Positions 36,980 to 46,712 of a DNA stretch of 64,000 bases are shown in pieces. A program made the translations under genes and the position numbers. The DNA is from Candidatus Woesearchaeota archaeon. GTDB taxonomy: Archaea > Nanobdellota > Nanobdellia > Woesearchaeales > GW2011-AR9. Under the pieces are notes generated by a model. That model was not told the origin of the DNA. It saw only the letters and a program-made list of their open reading frames with translations, and did no database searches. Within the stretch, counting starts at the first letter, position 1; every line of letters starts with the position of its first letter. The DNA lies in contig JAGVYE010000003.1 in NCBI GenBank assembly GCA_018303445.1, forward strand, positions 2,366 through 66,365. Reading direction: 5' to 3'.

Positions 36980-38657
36980 TTTTATTAATTATTTTTTTTT
37001 TATATTCTTCTAAGCATAATTCTGATAGTGTTACGGCAAAATGCCCTAAGAACTCAGCAAAAATTCTTGCATACCCGGCAAAAAGGGCGGTTGAATAATC
37101 TGTTCTAAACACGGTTCTGGCGATGCTTTCAATTTGACATTCTTTCCCTTTTATTTTTCGATTGTAAAAAACTAACCTGTCAATAGCATCAAGCATGTAC
37201 GTTGGTTTGTGGTTAAGAATGTGTTCTAATCGTTCGTGTTCGCTTTCAAGAGCAAGAAAACGGACAATTCTGTGATCTTCTATTTGATCAGGACGTAATA
37301 AAAGTGATCTTTCATGGGCTGTAAGTCTTGGTTTTCCTTTTAATCCCTGTCTCTCTAAAGCTTTACTATAACGCTTGAATCTTTCTGCCTCTTTGACATA
37401 AAAAGCGAACAGCGGATCAACATTTTTCAATTTCTCTGTTTCTTTGTCTCTCTCTCCTGGTGTTAGGTAACTTTCTCTTGGTCCTTTTTCATGTTGGTAT
37501 AATGCTTCTGCCGTGGCCATGGCGACTATTACGGCTCCGTGTTCTGATTGCTGTACTCTTTCAAATGATTGATGTGCAGCCAGGATACGATGGCGCTGTA
37601 TATCTGAAGGAGAAGCGCTTTGTTTCATAAGCTCCAGTTCAAATTTTGCTCGTTCTGGAAGAGGAATTTCTTTTAAGCCTTCTAATAGAGGAAGAATGTC
37701 TTCGAGAGGAAGATCTACCATCGGTCTTGGATTCGTGAACTCAGACCAAACCATCCCCGTGCAGTAATAGCCAAGAACTCTTTCTTCTTTCACTCGATGA
37801 TCTGTTCCTAATGTAATTTTATACTCTAATCCTCGGCTTTTAATTCCCGGCCTGTCGATAAGTATACGAGATACAATATCTCCACGACTATTCTCTGATT
37901 TATCGGGAATGAATTTTAAGTACCAGCAAGCTTCAAGAAGCTCTTCGGTCTGCCAAGAGTCAATAAAAGGAATGGCAATGCGTTGCCCTTGATAAAGAAC
38001 AACTTCAGGGTGTGATCTTAAAGCTTTTATATTGGCAACAATTTCGTCTTCATGGTTGTCAATTCTGGCAACAAATTCAAATTTTTGGATCTTATAATCC
38101 CGGCGATGGGTCTTTCCCTGTCTTGCGCTAAAATCTTCGACAGTTACAGTATTGTTTCCAAACCTGATCAGTCCATACATACGCTGAGCTTGGTCAATGG
38201 TCCATAATTCTGGTTTACCTTCTTCTCCGACATCAACAACCACAAGAGCGTGGCCAGCACGTTGTGCGTCGCCTTCTTTCAACAAGCCGCTGAATTCAAC
38301 AAGAACAGGGTTTAAACCGCAAGTTTTGGCAACAACATAATTAGCAATGGCTTGTCCGTAACAATTAGTCATGGAACTTTCATCTGGCCAGGGAGTCCAG
38401 TTATCTGTCTCTAACGCTTCCCGAAACCCGTATCTAAACCGGAGATTTTCAAATAATCTCGTGGCGAGGTCAGCTTTTGTCGCTGTACCATGAGAAAGAG
38501 TTTCTAAAACTCCTGTTTCTTTTAAAAAATTATCTCGAAATTCCTTTTGGAGTGAAGAAGAAAAGTTTATTTTGGCTGGTTGAGGATTTCTAAAAGAAGA
38601 GAAGAGCCGATCTTTAATTTCCTCAGCCCAAGTAATGGTGTGATCAGGAAATGGCAT
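36957..38657 (-). CDS. Transglutaminase-like cysteine protease-fold protein with a large uncharacterised C-terminal region
   Basis: TGL core: NCYGQAIANYVVAKTCG (Cys) ... AGHALVVVDVGE (His) ... D. 566 aa. Confidence 0.6.
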   Translation of the reverse strand: MPFPDHTITWAEEIKDRLFSSFRNPQPAKINFSSSLQKEFRDNFLKETGVLETLSHGTATKADLATRLFENLRFRYGFREALETDNWTPWPDESSMTNCYGQAIANYVVAKTCGLNPVLVEFSGLLKEGDAQRAGHALVVVDVGEEGKPELWTIDQAQRMYGLIRFGNNTVTVEDFSARQGKTHRRDYKIQKFEFVARIDNHEDEIVANIKALRSHPEVVLYQGQRIAIPFIDSWQTEELLEACWYLKFIPDKSENSRGDIVSRILIDRPGIKSRGLEYKITLGTDHRVKEERVLGYYCTGMVWSEFTNPRPMVDLPLEDILPLLEGLKEIPLPERAKFELELMKQSASPSDIQRHRILAAHQSFERVQQSEHGAVIVAMATAEALYQHEKGPRESYLTPGERDKETEKLKNVDPLFAFYVKEAERFKRYSKALERQGLKGKPRLTAHERSLLLRPDQIEDHRIVRFLALESEHERLEHILNHKPTYMLDAIDRLVFYNRKIKGKECQIESIARTVFRTDYSTALFAGYARIFAEFLGHFAVTLSELCLEEYKKKIINKITLTLPS

Positions 38658-38658
38658 T

Positions 38659-40179
38659 TTACATGAGTTTTTCTGAAAGGAGTGTTCTAGGTTTAGCAGG
38701 CTCCATAGGTTGGTTTATTTTTTGATATTGTAAAGGAACATTGCTGGCTATCCTTAGTCTCCATTTTTCATGTTCTCGTTCTAATACTTTTTCGACGACG
38801 ATAGAAAGAATCCGATAATCTGAATGTAACTCTGTAACTTTTCTCACCACATCTCTTGATGCGAATCGCGTTACGCCAAATTCTTCAATAGCTTCTTCCA
38901 CACATTCGATTTGCCGTGCTGTGGGAATGATTTCTTTAAATCTGTAAACAGTAGATTTTGATCTTTCAGGAGAGATTTCTTCTACTCCTGCTGTTGTTCT
39001 TAAGTTTCTCGCAACGTAAATGTTACTTACAGGCAATCCTTGATTTTCGGCAATGCGGTTAAGATGCTCTTTTGTGAATCCTTCATATGCCGGCGGCTGT
39101 TCCCGCAATAAAGCCAAAGCTTTTTTGAAGTAAAAGTCGTTAACTTCCGCTAGATCGGGTGTTTGTAAATGTTTAATCATATAGTCTATGAAACTTTTTT
39201 TGTCTAATCTTTGGCCTGTTTCTCGTCTCATAAAAACTCTGGCTCCAGCCCGCTCTACTTTCTGTAAACAAAAAACTGTCATCTCATATTCTAAATAGTT
39301 AGCGAGTCCTTTTGTCCCTATTACTTCTATGCCTAATTTCTCTTTTACATAAGCAGGACTGATGGCCGTTCCTGAAGTTAGTTTTGTAATATGTTCATAA
39401 ATCAGATATAATTCCTCTAATAGCTTAGGCAGAGTTTCTAAATTCAGATCTCTTTGCTTGTCATTTGGCAGAAGGCTCGGAGGCGCACTAGTTCGTGAAA
39501 ATAGGTTTGTTATTGCCGCTTTTCTGGAGACGATGAAAGGATCAAAATCAGGGCCGTTATAAGCGTCATTTCCCAGTCTTTTTGAAATTTCCTCCGCGGA
39601 AGGAATACGGTAATGGACAGCTTCAATCCCACTTTCGATAAGAGTTCTCAAAGTCGTCTCTACTTTAGATACACTGGCAATAGAACGATGAAGCTGTTCT
39701 CTTTCTCGTTGAGTTTCATCAAGTTGAGAAATTTTTCTTTTTAGGGCTACAACTTTGGTAAGTTCCTCTTCATTCATTTCAATTACGGTTTTTTTTCCTA
39801 ATTTTGTTAAATAATCTCTGTCTGCTTGTCCCTTAGCTAGTTCTTTATCATATTCTTCAAGCAGTCCTTTTTGGGTTTTAATTTCTTCATTTACATTTTT
39901 AATAACTTGTTTTGCATACCTTTGCTGCAGCGTAACCCATTGTTCGGTAATTGCTTCTAAGCGGCTATCTCCAGCTATTGCCGCTACAGTTGCGAATGCG
40001 GCTATTTGTTGCCTTAATTTGAGGTACTCATCATGTTTAATAGGCATTGAAGCTTCCGGAATTCTGATTTGGGGCAGTCCATTAAGAAGTTCTGTTAAAT
40101 TTTTTTTTGCTGGTTCTGTTATTACTGCTGAAATTTCATCAGCCCCGATACATGAAATAATGCGTTGTAATTCGGTCAT
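38659..40179 (-). CDS. Large cytoplasmic hypothetical protein, translationally coupled to the downstream transglutaminase-like gene
   Basis: 506-aa ORF ending 1 nt before the TGL gene start. No motif recognised. Confidence 0.45.
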   Translation of the reverse strand: MTELQRIISCIGADEISAVITEPAKKNLTELLNGLPQIRIPEASMPIKHDEYLKLRQQIAAFATVAAIAGDSRLEAITEQWVTLQQRYAKQVIKNVNEEIKTQKGLLEEYDKELAKGQADRDYLTKLGKKTVIEMNEEELTKVVALKRKISQLDETQREREQLHRSIASVSKVETTLRTLIESGIEAVHYRIPSAEEISKRLGNDAYNGPDFDPFIVSRKAAITNLFSRTSAPPSLLPNDKQRDLNLETLPKLLEELYLIYEHITKLTSGTAISPAYVKEKLGIEVIGTKGLANYLEYEMTVFCLQKVERAGARVFMRRETGQRLDKKSFIDYMIKHLQTPDLAEVNDFYFKKALALLREQPPAYEGFTKEHLNRIAENQGLPVSNIYVARNLRTTAGVEEISPERSKSTVYRFKEIIPTARQIECVEEAIEEFGVTRFASRDVVRKVTELHSDYRILSIVVEKVLEREHEKWRLRIASNVPLQYQKINQPMEPAKPRTLLSEKLM

Positions 40180-40262
40180 TTTACTACTTGAGAATAAAAA
40201 TCTGGCTGGTTTTAAAAGGATTTTGGTTCATTAATCTAATTTTATTAAATGTTAAGTAAACA

Positions 40263-40868
40263 TTAAAACAGAACCGTTTTCCGATACTCTCCAATCTCTT
40301 GTACCGAAATGAGAAGTATGTTCTGTTTTTCGGCGAAATTTTTCAACTCTTTCCCCCGCATCATCGTGCCATCTTTGTTCATGAGTTCGCAAATAACAGC
40401 TACAGGCGGAAGTTTACTCAAGTTGAGTAAATCAATGCTTCCTTCAGTATGTCCCTGCCGCTCTAAAAGCCCCTTCTCTCTCGCTGCTAAAGGGAAGACA
40501 TGACCTGGTCGGGCTAAATCGTTCATCTTTCCGCAGAGCAGTGTTTTAATCGTCGCTGTTCTATCAAAAGCACTTACTCCTCCGTCTCTAATGTTTTTGG
40601 CATCCACAGAAATAGTGAAGGGAGTTTGAAATTTGTCTGAATTCTTTTCTACCATTCTGGGAAGGCCTAATTCCTGCAGGCGTTTCTTAGTCATGGGAAC
40701 GCAAATCACACCAGAACAATGATTAATCATAAACGCGATTTTTTCTGGCGTAACATGTTCTGCGGCCATCATGAGATCAGCTTCATTTTCTCTTTCTGGA
40801 GAATCGAGAATAATGACAAAGTTGCCTTTTCGTAATGATTCTTGAGCTAAAATGATTTTTTCGCGCAT
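40263..40868 (-). CDS. ribB: 3,4-dihydroxy-2-butanone 4-phosphate synthase
   Basis: RENEADLMMAAE, HCSGVICVPM and the GHTEGS family motifs. ~200 aa, typical length. Confidence 0.8.
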   Translation of the reverse strand: MREKIILAQESLRKGNFVIILDSPERENEADLMMAAEHVTPEKIAFMINHCSGVICVPMTKKRLQELGLPRMVEKNSDKFQTPFTISVDAKNIRDGGVSAFDRTATIKTLLCGKMNDLARPGHVFPLAAREKGLLERQGHTEGSIDLLNLSKLPPVAVICELMNKDGTMMRGKELKNFAEKQNILLISVQEIGEYRKTVLF

Positions 40869-40924
40869 GATAAGGTTATAGAAAGAGATTTGTATTTATG
40901 TGTTATGAAAGTTTTATGTTCTTC

Positions 40925-41374
40925 TTATATAATTCTAATTTTCTCCAGGTCTCGCCATTTTACCCTTTCTTTCTTTCCACCATTTCTCTGGTGTAAGAAA
41001 ATTTCTGTTCCTCTATTTATGACCATATACTCCTCTCCTTTGTAGAAAACCAAATCTCCTTTCTTGAATGATGCTTGTCTAAAAAGGACCGTTCCTCGAT
41101 ACAGTTCTTTACCTTTTTTTTGCGTATGCAGGGTTGCGGTATTAATGATCTGCCCACCAAAGGTTTCCTGAAGTTTCTTCCCCAGAGCTTTTGTAAAAGA
41201 GTTGTCTGTAAGGTAGTAATCATAGCCATTCTGTACTTTCTTAATTTTGGCGATGGGGAGGTGTCCTTTAGTAATTTGCTGTTCAGTAAAAGCAAGTACT
41301 TCTGGAGTGACTTCCCGCAGTTGAAGTATCGCTTCAAAATAGTTGGCGTGTTTTCCTTCCAAAGAACGGACCAT
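40925..41374 (-). CDS. Hypothetical protein, possibly a short NMD3-family homolog
   Basis: YFEAILQLR motif reminiscent of NMD3. Lacks the Zn-binding N-terminus. Low confidence. Confidence 0.3.
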   Translation of the reverse strand: MVRSLEGKHANYFEAILQLREVTPEVLAFTEQQITKGHLPIAKIKKVQNGYDYYLTDNSFTKALGKKLQETFGGQIINTATLHTQKKGKELYRGTVLFRQASFKKGDLVFYKGEEYMVINRGTEIFLHQRNGGKKERVKWRDLEKIRII

Positions 41375-41412
41375 AGTACTAAGAAGAGGTTCAGGTTATT
41401 TAAATCTGTTTG

Positions 41413-41715
41413 TCAGTTAACAGATCTTGGTTCTAGTAGAAAATAAAGCTGTAGGTATTCATTTCCAGGAGTGCTATACACCTTTCTTCCTGGACCAAGC
41501 TCCTGAACTTTTACAATTTCTGCCGTTGTTAACGTTGCTCCGTATCCGAGAGGAATAGTTACTCTTTTTCCTTTCATGTCAAGATCTTTTTGTGCTATGG
41601 CTTCAAGGGCCTGGAAAGCGGAGGAGGGCAATTCTGCTTCGTTGACACAAACACAATAGACGATATTGGGAGTTGCAGAAGAAATAGGAATGTTGTCTTT
41701 TATTACTTTCCCCAT
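41413..41715 (-). CDS. Hypothetical protein
   Basis: 100-aa ORF. No motif recognised. Confidence 0.3.
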   Translation of the reverse strand: MGKVIKDNIPISSATPNIVYCVCVNEAELPSSAFQALEAIAQKDLDMKGKRVTIPLGYGATLTTAEIVKVQELGPGRKVYSTPGNEYLQLYFLLEPRSVN

Positions 41716-41846
41716 TGTTCACCTCCCTTTGCTTCTCATAAGAGCTCGTGGTCTTTAAAACTCTTATCTGTTGAATTTCACGAAAAATGCAATATCTGCT
41801 TAATTTTCTGAAACTAGGCAAATTTTTATAAATATTCTTTTTTAAA

Positions 41847-42194
41847 CTAGTTTTTATACTTTAGTAAAATTTTGTCGAGATCTTTAATAAGCCTTTTTCT
41901 CCAATCATGTTCTAGTTGGGTTCTTATAAATTTAATTAAAAACTTCTCCTCTTTGTTTAGTTTTAATTTTTCGAGCCGTTTGACTTTTGATAAAATTTTA
42001 TAATCTTCATCAATGGACATAACATATTTCTTTTTCTCTGTTTTTGTCAGCAAGATTTTTTTAGTCAATTTCTGTTTTCTTTCTTTGAGAAGCTTTTGAT
42101 AGTCTTTATCTTCAGACAAAATTTTGCGGAACTCCTCTCCTTTGTAACCCTGGCTTATGTAGAAATCTCCAATTTTTTGTAAAGATTTTGTCAT
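41847..42194 (-). CDS. Lys-rich hypothetical protein
   Basis: 115-aa highly basic ORF. Confidence 0.3.
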   Translation of the reverse strand: MTKSLQKIGDFYISQGYKGEEFRKILSEDKDYQKLLKERKQKLTKKILLTKTEKKKYVMSIDEDYKILSKVKRLEKLKLNKEEKFLIKFIRTQLEHDWRKRLIKDLDKILLKYKN

Positions 42195-42324
42195 ACTAAA
42201 GAATATTATCTCAGTAGTTATAAATTTTGCTTTTCATTGAATTTTGAGCCCCAAAGTTGATCTGACTTAACTCCTTCTTTTCTCGCTCGCAAGCTTTTTA
42301 AAAAAGGTCTCTTTTTTTTTAATT

Positions 42325-43476
42325 ATGATGTTAACTCCAGCAGCGAAGGCAGAATTGGAAAAACAGCAATATCGTATCATTGGCAGTCATAGCGCGGTTA
42401 AAACCTGCGGCTGGACAAAGAATATGATTAAAGGAGAAGGCGGTTGCTACAAATTGAAGTTCTATGGCATTATGAGCAACCAATGTATGCAGATGACTAC
42501 GTCTATTAGTTGCGCGAATCGCTGCACATTCTGCTGGAGGGGATATAAAGCGCCCGTAAGCAAAGAATGGAAGTGGGATGTCGATGAGCCAGAGATAATT
42601 CTGGAAGGAAGTTTAAAATCACATCATGATTTGTTAGTGGGTTTTAATGGAAATCAGAACGCAAATAAAACCGCGTATCAGAAATCAAAAGAAGTATGTC
42701 ACGTTGCTTTATCTCTTACCGGTGAGCCAATTATTTATCCACGAATTAATGAGCTGCTGGATCTGTTTAATAAAAATCATATTTCTACATTCTTAGTCAC
42801 AAATGCGCAATATCCTGAACAAATACGTGATCTTAATCCTGTAACGCAACTGTATGCTAGTTTGGATGCGCCAGAACAACAGATGTTGAAAGAAGTTGAT
42901 AAACCTCTTTTTGCTGACTTTTGGGAGCGTCTGAATCAGAGTTTGGAATATTTAAGTAAAAAAAAACTGAGGACTTGTATCAGATTGACGATGGTAAAAG
43001 GGGTTAATGATCGGATGTTTGATAAATATGCGGAAATGATTCAGAAAGGGAGTCCTGATTTTGTTGAAGTCAAAGCTTATATGCATGTGGGCCCTTCTCG
43101 GGAGCGTCTGAATAATGAGAATATGCCTCTTCATGAAGAAGTTGTAAAGTATTCTCAAGAATTAGTGAAACATTTGCCAGAACATGAGATTGTTTCAGAG
43201 CACATTCCTTCCAGAGTAGTGATGTTTGCGAAAAAAAAATATAAAATTGATGGTGTCTGGCATACCTGGATTGATTTTGAAAAGTGGTATGAGTTACTTA
43301 ATTCAGGGAAGGAGTTTACGTCTATGGACTATATGAAGAAGACGCCGCAAGTAGGATTAAGCGGTAAAGGGACGATTGATTACATGCCAGATGAGGTGCG
43401 GGAAAGATATTTGAAAGAACATCCAGAATATACTTTTGTTGATGAGAAGACGAATGAATTGAGCTTTTATGAATAG
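42325..43476 (+). CDS. taw1: tRNA 4-demethylwyosine synthase (TYW1/Taw1), radical SAM
   Basis: CANRCTFCW radical-SAM cluster motif. Second N-terminal Cys cluster. Family-typical C-terminal region. Confidence 0.8.
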   Translation: MMLTPAAKAELEKQQYRIIGSHSAVKTCGWTKNMIKGEGGCYKLKFYGIMSNQCMQMTTSISCANRCTFCWRGYKAPVSKEWKWDVDEPEIILEGSLKSHHDLLVGFNGNQNANKTAYQKSKEVCHVALSLTGEPIIYPRINELLDLFNKNHISTFLVTNAQYPEQIRDLNPVTQLYASLDAPEQQMLKEVDKPLFADFWERLNQSLEYLSKKKLRTCIRLTMVKGVNDRMFDKYAEMIQKGSPDFVEVKAYMHVGPSRERLNNENMPLHEEVVKYSQELVKHLPEHEIVSEHIPSRVVMFAKKKYKIDGVWHTWIDFEKWYELLNSGKEFTSMDYMKKTPQVGLSGKGTIDYMPDEVRERYLKEHPEYTFVDEKTNELSFYE

Positions 43477-43588
43477 TCTTATTGCTATAAAGTACGGCCG
43501 CATTCGTTTTTAGAGAGAGCCAGCTAGGTCGTATTACTATTGTAAAGACAATAAAATCTTAAAAAGGTTATTATTTTTTCTCGTATAG

Positions 43589-44845
43589 ATGGTCCAGGAG
43601 AGGAATGTTCATGAACGTGCAGGGTGCTTGGAAAGGCTAAGAAGTGTCGTCTTACTGGAAAATTTTCTTTATGATCAACAGCATTTGCAGCAGAAAATCC
43701 AGGAAAGAGCACGTAAAGAATTTCCTTCATCTACTCCCGCTGAATCAGATCAATTAGAACATCTGCTCGAAAAGTGTTTAAAATTTGCTCCTCGTGAAGT
43801 AAAACGGTTTAAGAATTCTGAAAGTTTTGTAAAAGTGTTAACAAATGTGCGTGAAAAGGATGTCCACTTGTTCTATAAATTTAAGTTGCCGGAAGATCCT
43901 TTAGCCGCCGAAAATTCAGAGTCTTCCCTCGTTGATAGTTATCTTCTGCAATTATGTGTAACCTTAGATGGTTTGATGCGATCTGGCGTTAATTCCATTA
44001 CTGTGTATGTCCCTTTTCTTCCTTATTTACGCCAAGACAAGAAAGACGATGGCCGAGTGCCGATAAGTGCCAAGTTAGTTTTTAATCTTCTAGAAAGCGC
44101 CGCGGCAGGAAAACTTAAACGTATTTGCACATTTGATATGCATGCCCAGCAGGAACAAGGTTTTTGGGATGGTCCTGTTGATGACCTTCCTGCCGGACCG
44201 GAATTTGCGGCTTATTATCGCGGTTTGTTTAGTAGTGAAGAAGGTTTTGATGTTCATAAAATGGGCGAGTCTGTTGAAGTTATGGCCGCTGATGCAGGAG
44301 GGGTAAAGAGAACGGATAAAATGGCGCAAATGCTCAAATGCCGCTGGGATGTTTTCACGAAGCTAAGAACAGCTCATAGTGAAGCTGATACAAGGCTTGA
44401 TTTAACACAAAGTTTACAGGGTAAAAAAGTTATTATTGCTGAAGACATGATTGATACCTGCGGTTCAATAGCCGGTGAAAAAGAGAAAGGGAAAGAAGGG
44501 CCGATTCCTTATCTAATAAGAAAAGGAGCTCAAGTTTATGTTTGTGCCACTCATGCTGTTTTCAGCGCTAAGAATGGAATTTCAGCTGAAAGGAGGTTAA
44601 GAGAAAGTGGAGGAAAGATTGTAGTTACGGACTCTTTACAGCGGCGACGCTCGGATTATTATCAAGAACATAAAGATTGGTTGACAGTTATTTCCTTAGA
44701 TTATGTTTTAGCGAAAGCCTTTTTCTGTAACCAAGCCGGCGATTCTATAAGTGATTTTCTGAGAAATAGAGAAGAGGGGATTAAAGCAGAAAAAGTTGAT
44801 TTTAAAGTAACCGCTTCCGGTTCTAAATATACTGTCGAAGGCTAA
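43589..44845 (+). CDS. prs: Ribose-phosphate pyrophosphokinase (PRPP synthetase) with N- and C-terminal extensions
   Basis: EVKRF..., ITVYVPFLPYLRQDKK, PISAKLVFNLLESAAAGKLKRICTFDMHAQQEQGFWDGPVDDL, and the PRPP-binding loop VIIAEDMIDTCGS. Confidence 0.75.
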   Translation: MVQERNVHERAGCLERLRSVVLLENFLYDQQHLQQKIQERARKEFPSSTPAESDQLEHLLEKCLKFAPREVKRFKNSESFVKVLTNVREKDVHLFYKFKLPEDPLAAENSESSLVDSYLLQLCVTLDGLMRSGVNSITVYVPFLPYLRQDKKDDGRVPISAKLVFNLLESAAAGKLKRICTFDMHAQQEQGFWDGPVDDLPAGPEFAAYYRGLFSSEEGFDVHKMGESVEVMAADAGGVKRTDKMAQMLKCRWDVFTKLRTAHSEADTRLDLTQSLQGKKVIIAEDMIDTCGSIAGEKEKGKEGPIPYLIRKGAQVYVCATHAVFSAKNGISAERRLRESGGKIVVTDSLQRRRSDYYQEHKDWLTVISLDYVLAKAFFCNQAGDSISDFLRNREEGIKAEKVDFKVTASGSKYTVEG

Positions 44846-44907
44846 AAAGCAGCGGTTGTTCTTTTTACCAAAACTCTTATAAAAACCATTCTAAAACAGA
44901 GAATCAT

Positions 44908-45312
44908 ATGACCCCTGAAGAAGGCTTACAGGAAAAATTTGCCCAGTTTAAGATGCTGCAAGAGCATATTGAGAAACTTTCAGAACAATTGCAGCAAATA
45001 CACTTACATGTAGAGGAAATAACTTTTTCTCAGGATTCCATTAAAGAACTGAAGGAAGCTCCTCTTTCTTCAGAAGTTCTCTGTCCTATCGCCAATGGAA
45101 TTTTTATCAAAGCGCTCTTAAACGAGAAAAAAAGTCTGATTGTCAATGTTGGAGCCGACACGATGGTGGAGAAAACCTTTGACCGGGTTGTAGAAATGCT
45201 CGAACAACAGAAAAATGAGTTTCATGATAAAATGAAAGAAGGGGAAGCGATGCTGCAACAGATGCATATTCAAGCCATGAAAATCTATCAAGAATTAGAG
45301 AAATTGGAATAA
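44908..45312 (+). CDS. pfdA: Prefoldin alpha subunit
   Basis: Coiled coil-beta hairpin-coiled coil architecture. LCPIANGIFIKALL...SLIVNVGADTMVEK. The conserved archaeal pfdA-ftsY neighbourhood. Confidence 0.7.
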   Translation: MTPEEGLQEKFAQFKMLQEHIEKLSEQLQQIHLHVEEITFSQDSIKELKEAPLSSEVLCPIANGIFIKALLNEKKSLIVNVGADTMVEKTFDRVVEMLEQQKNEFHDKMKEGEAMLQQMHIQAMKIYQELEKLE

Positions 45313-45317
45313 GTCCC

Positions 45318-46712
45318 ATGTTTAACAAACTAAAAGAAAAACTCAAAAGTGCCTTAAGTATTTTTTCTAAGAAGGCGGAAGAAGCAGCAGTGCCTCTGGA
45401 AAAAGCGCAGGAAGAGGAGGAAAAAATTTCTGAAAAAGCTACGATTTCTCCAAAAGAAGAGGTCGCATCTAAAAAAGAAGCAGGAAAGAAAAAAAAGATT
45501 GAAGAAAAGAAGGACTTTTCTCCAGAAAATCTAACGGAAAAAGTTTCAAAAAAGAAAGAAGAGGCAAAAGAAAAGAAGAAAATAGAAAAAGAGAGGGAAA
45601 AAGTTGGCTTACCAGAAGCCTCGCAACAGAAGAAAGAGGTTCTAGAGGAAAAATCTGTAGAAGTTAAATTAGCCCAAACAGTTCTAGATGAAGAAAAGGA
45701 ATCTCCTTCATTCTTGGAGCGAATTAAAGAAAAGTTTAGAGGAAAGAAGAAGGAAGAAATCACAGAAGAAAAAAAAGATTTTAGAGAAAATGAAATACCT
45801 GCAGAAGAAAATTTTCCAGAGAAAAAAACAGATCAGGAAAAAACCTCTTTTTTTGGAAAAGTAAAACAAACCTTAACGACGAAGACTATTTCTGAAGAAA
45901 AATTTGAAGGATTATTCTGGGAATTAGAACTTGGGTTATTGGAAAACAATGTTTCCGTCAACGTCATTGAAAAAATTAAGGTTGATCTTAAAGAAGAATT
46001 GGTGGAGAAACCCCTGCCTTGGAATGTGGAAAGAAAAATTGAAGAGACGCTGCGCGCAACTCTTAGTACCATTTTATCACAGGAGCCAATAGATCTTTTG
46101 AATAAAATAAACGGCAAAAAGCCTTACATCATTGCTTTCTTTGGTGTCAATGGGGCGGGAAAGACCACGTCGATGGCTAAACTTGCTTATTATTTGCAGC
46201 AACATCATCATTCCGTGGTGTTGGCAGCAGGCGACACTTTTAGGGCCGCGGCGATTCAACAATTACAGGAGCATGCCGATCGTTTAAGTGTTCCCCTTAT
46301 TAAACAGAATTATGGAGCAGATGCAGCGGCTGTCGCTTACGACGCAGTGAGGTATGCGGAGAAAAATAAACTGGATGTTGTTCTCATTGATACGGCAGGG
46401 CGTCTTCATTCCAATACTAATTTAATGGCGGAGTTAGAGAAAATTATTCGTGTGGCAAAACCAGACCTTAAAATTTTTGTTGGCGAAAGCATCACTGGAA
46501 ATGACTGCATTGAACAAGCTGAGAAATTTAACCAACTTGTAGAAATGGATGGGGTAATTTTAACAAAAGCCGATGTTGACGAGAAAGGGGGAGCGCCATT
46601 ATCTATTTCTTATGTGATCAAGAAACCAATTCTTTTCTTAGGGGTCGGACAGCGATATAAAGACTTTGAACAATTTGACAAAGAAAAAATGTTAGAAAGG
46701 TTGGGAATTTAA
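45318..46712 (+). CDS. ftsY: Signal recognition particle receptor FtsY with long K/E-rich N-terminal domain
   Basis: SRP-GTPase NG domain: GVNGAGKTT, DTFRAAA, DTAGR, TKAD. Confidence 0.9.
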   Translation: MFNKLKEKLKSALSIFSKKAEEAAVPLEKAQEEEEKISEKATISPKEEVASKKEAGKKKKIEEKKDFSPENLTEKVSKKKEEAKEKKKIEKEREKVGLPEASQQKKEVLEEKSVEVKLAQTVLDEEKESPSFLERIKEKFRGKKKEEITEEKKDFRENEIPAEENFPEKKTDQEKTSFFGKVKQTLTTKTISEEKFEGLFWELELGLLENNVSVNVIEKIKVDLKEELVEKPLPWNVERKIEETLRATLSTILSQEPIDLLNKINGKKPYIIAFFGVNGAGKTTSMAKLAYYLQQHHHSVVLAAGDTFRAAAIQQLQEHADRLSVPLIKQNYGADAAAVAYDAVRYAEKNKLDVVLIDTAGRLHSNTNLMAELEKIIRVAKPDLKIFVGESITGNDCIEQAEKFNQLVEMDGVILTKADVDEKGGAPLSISYVIKKPILFLGVGQRYKDFEQFDKEKMLERLGI

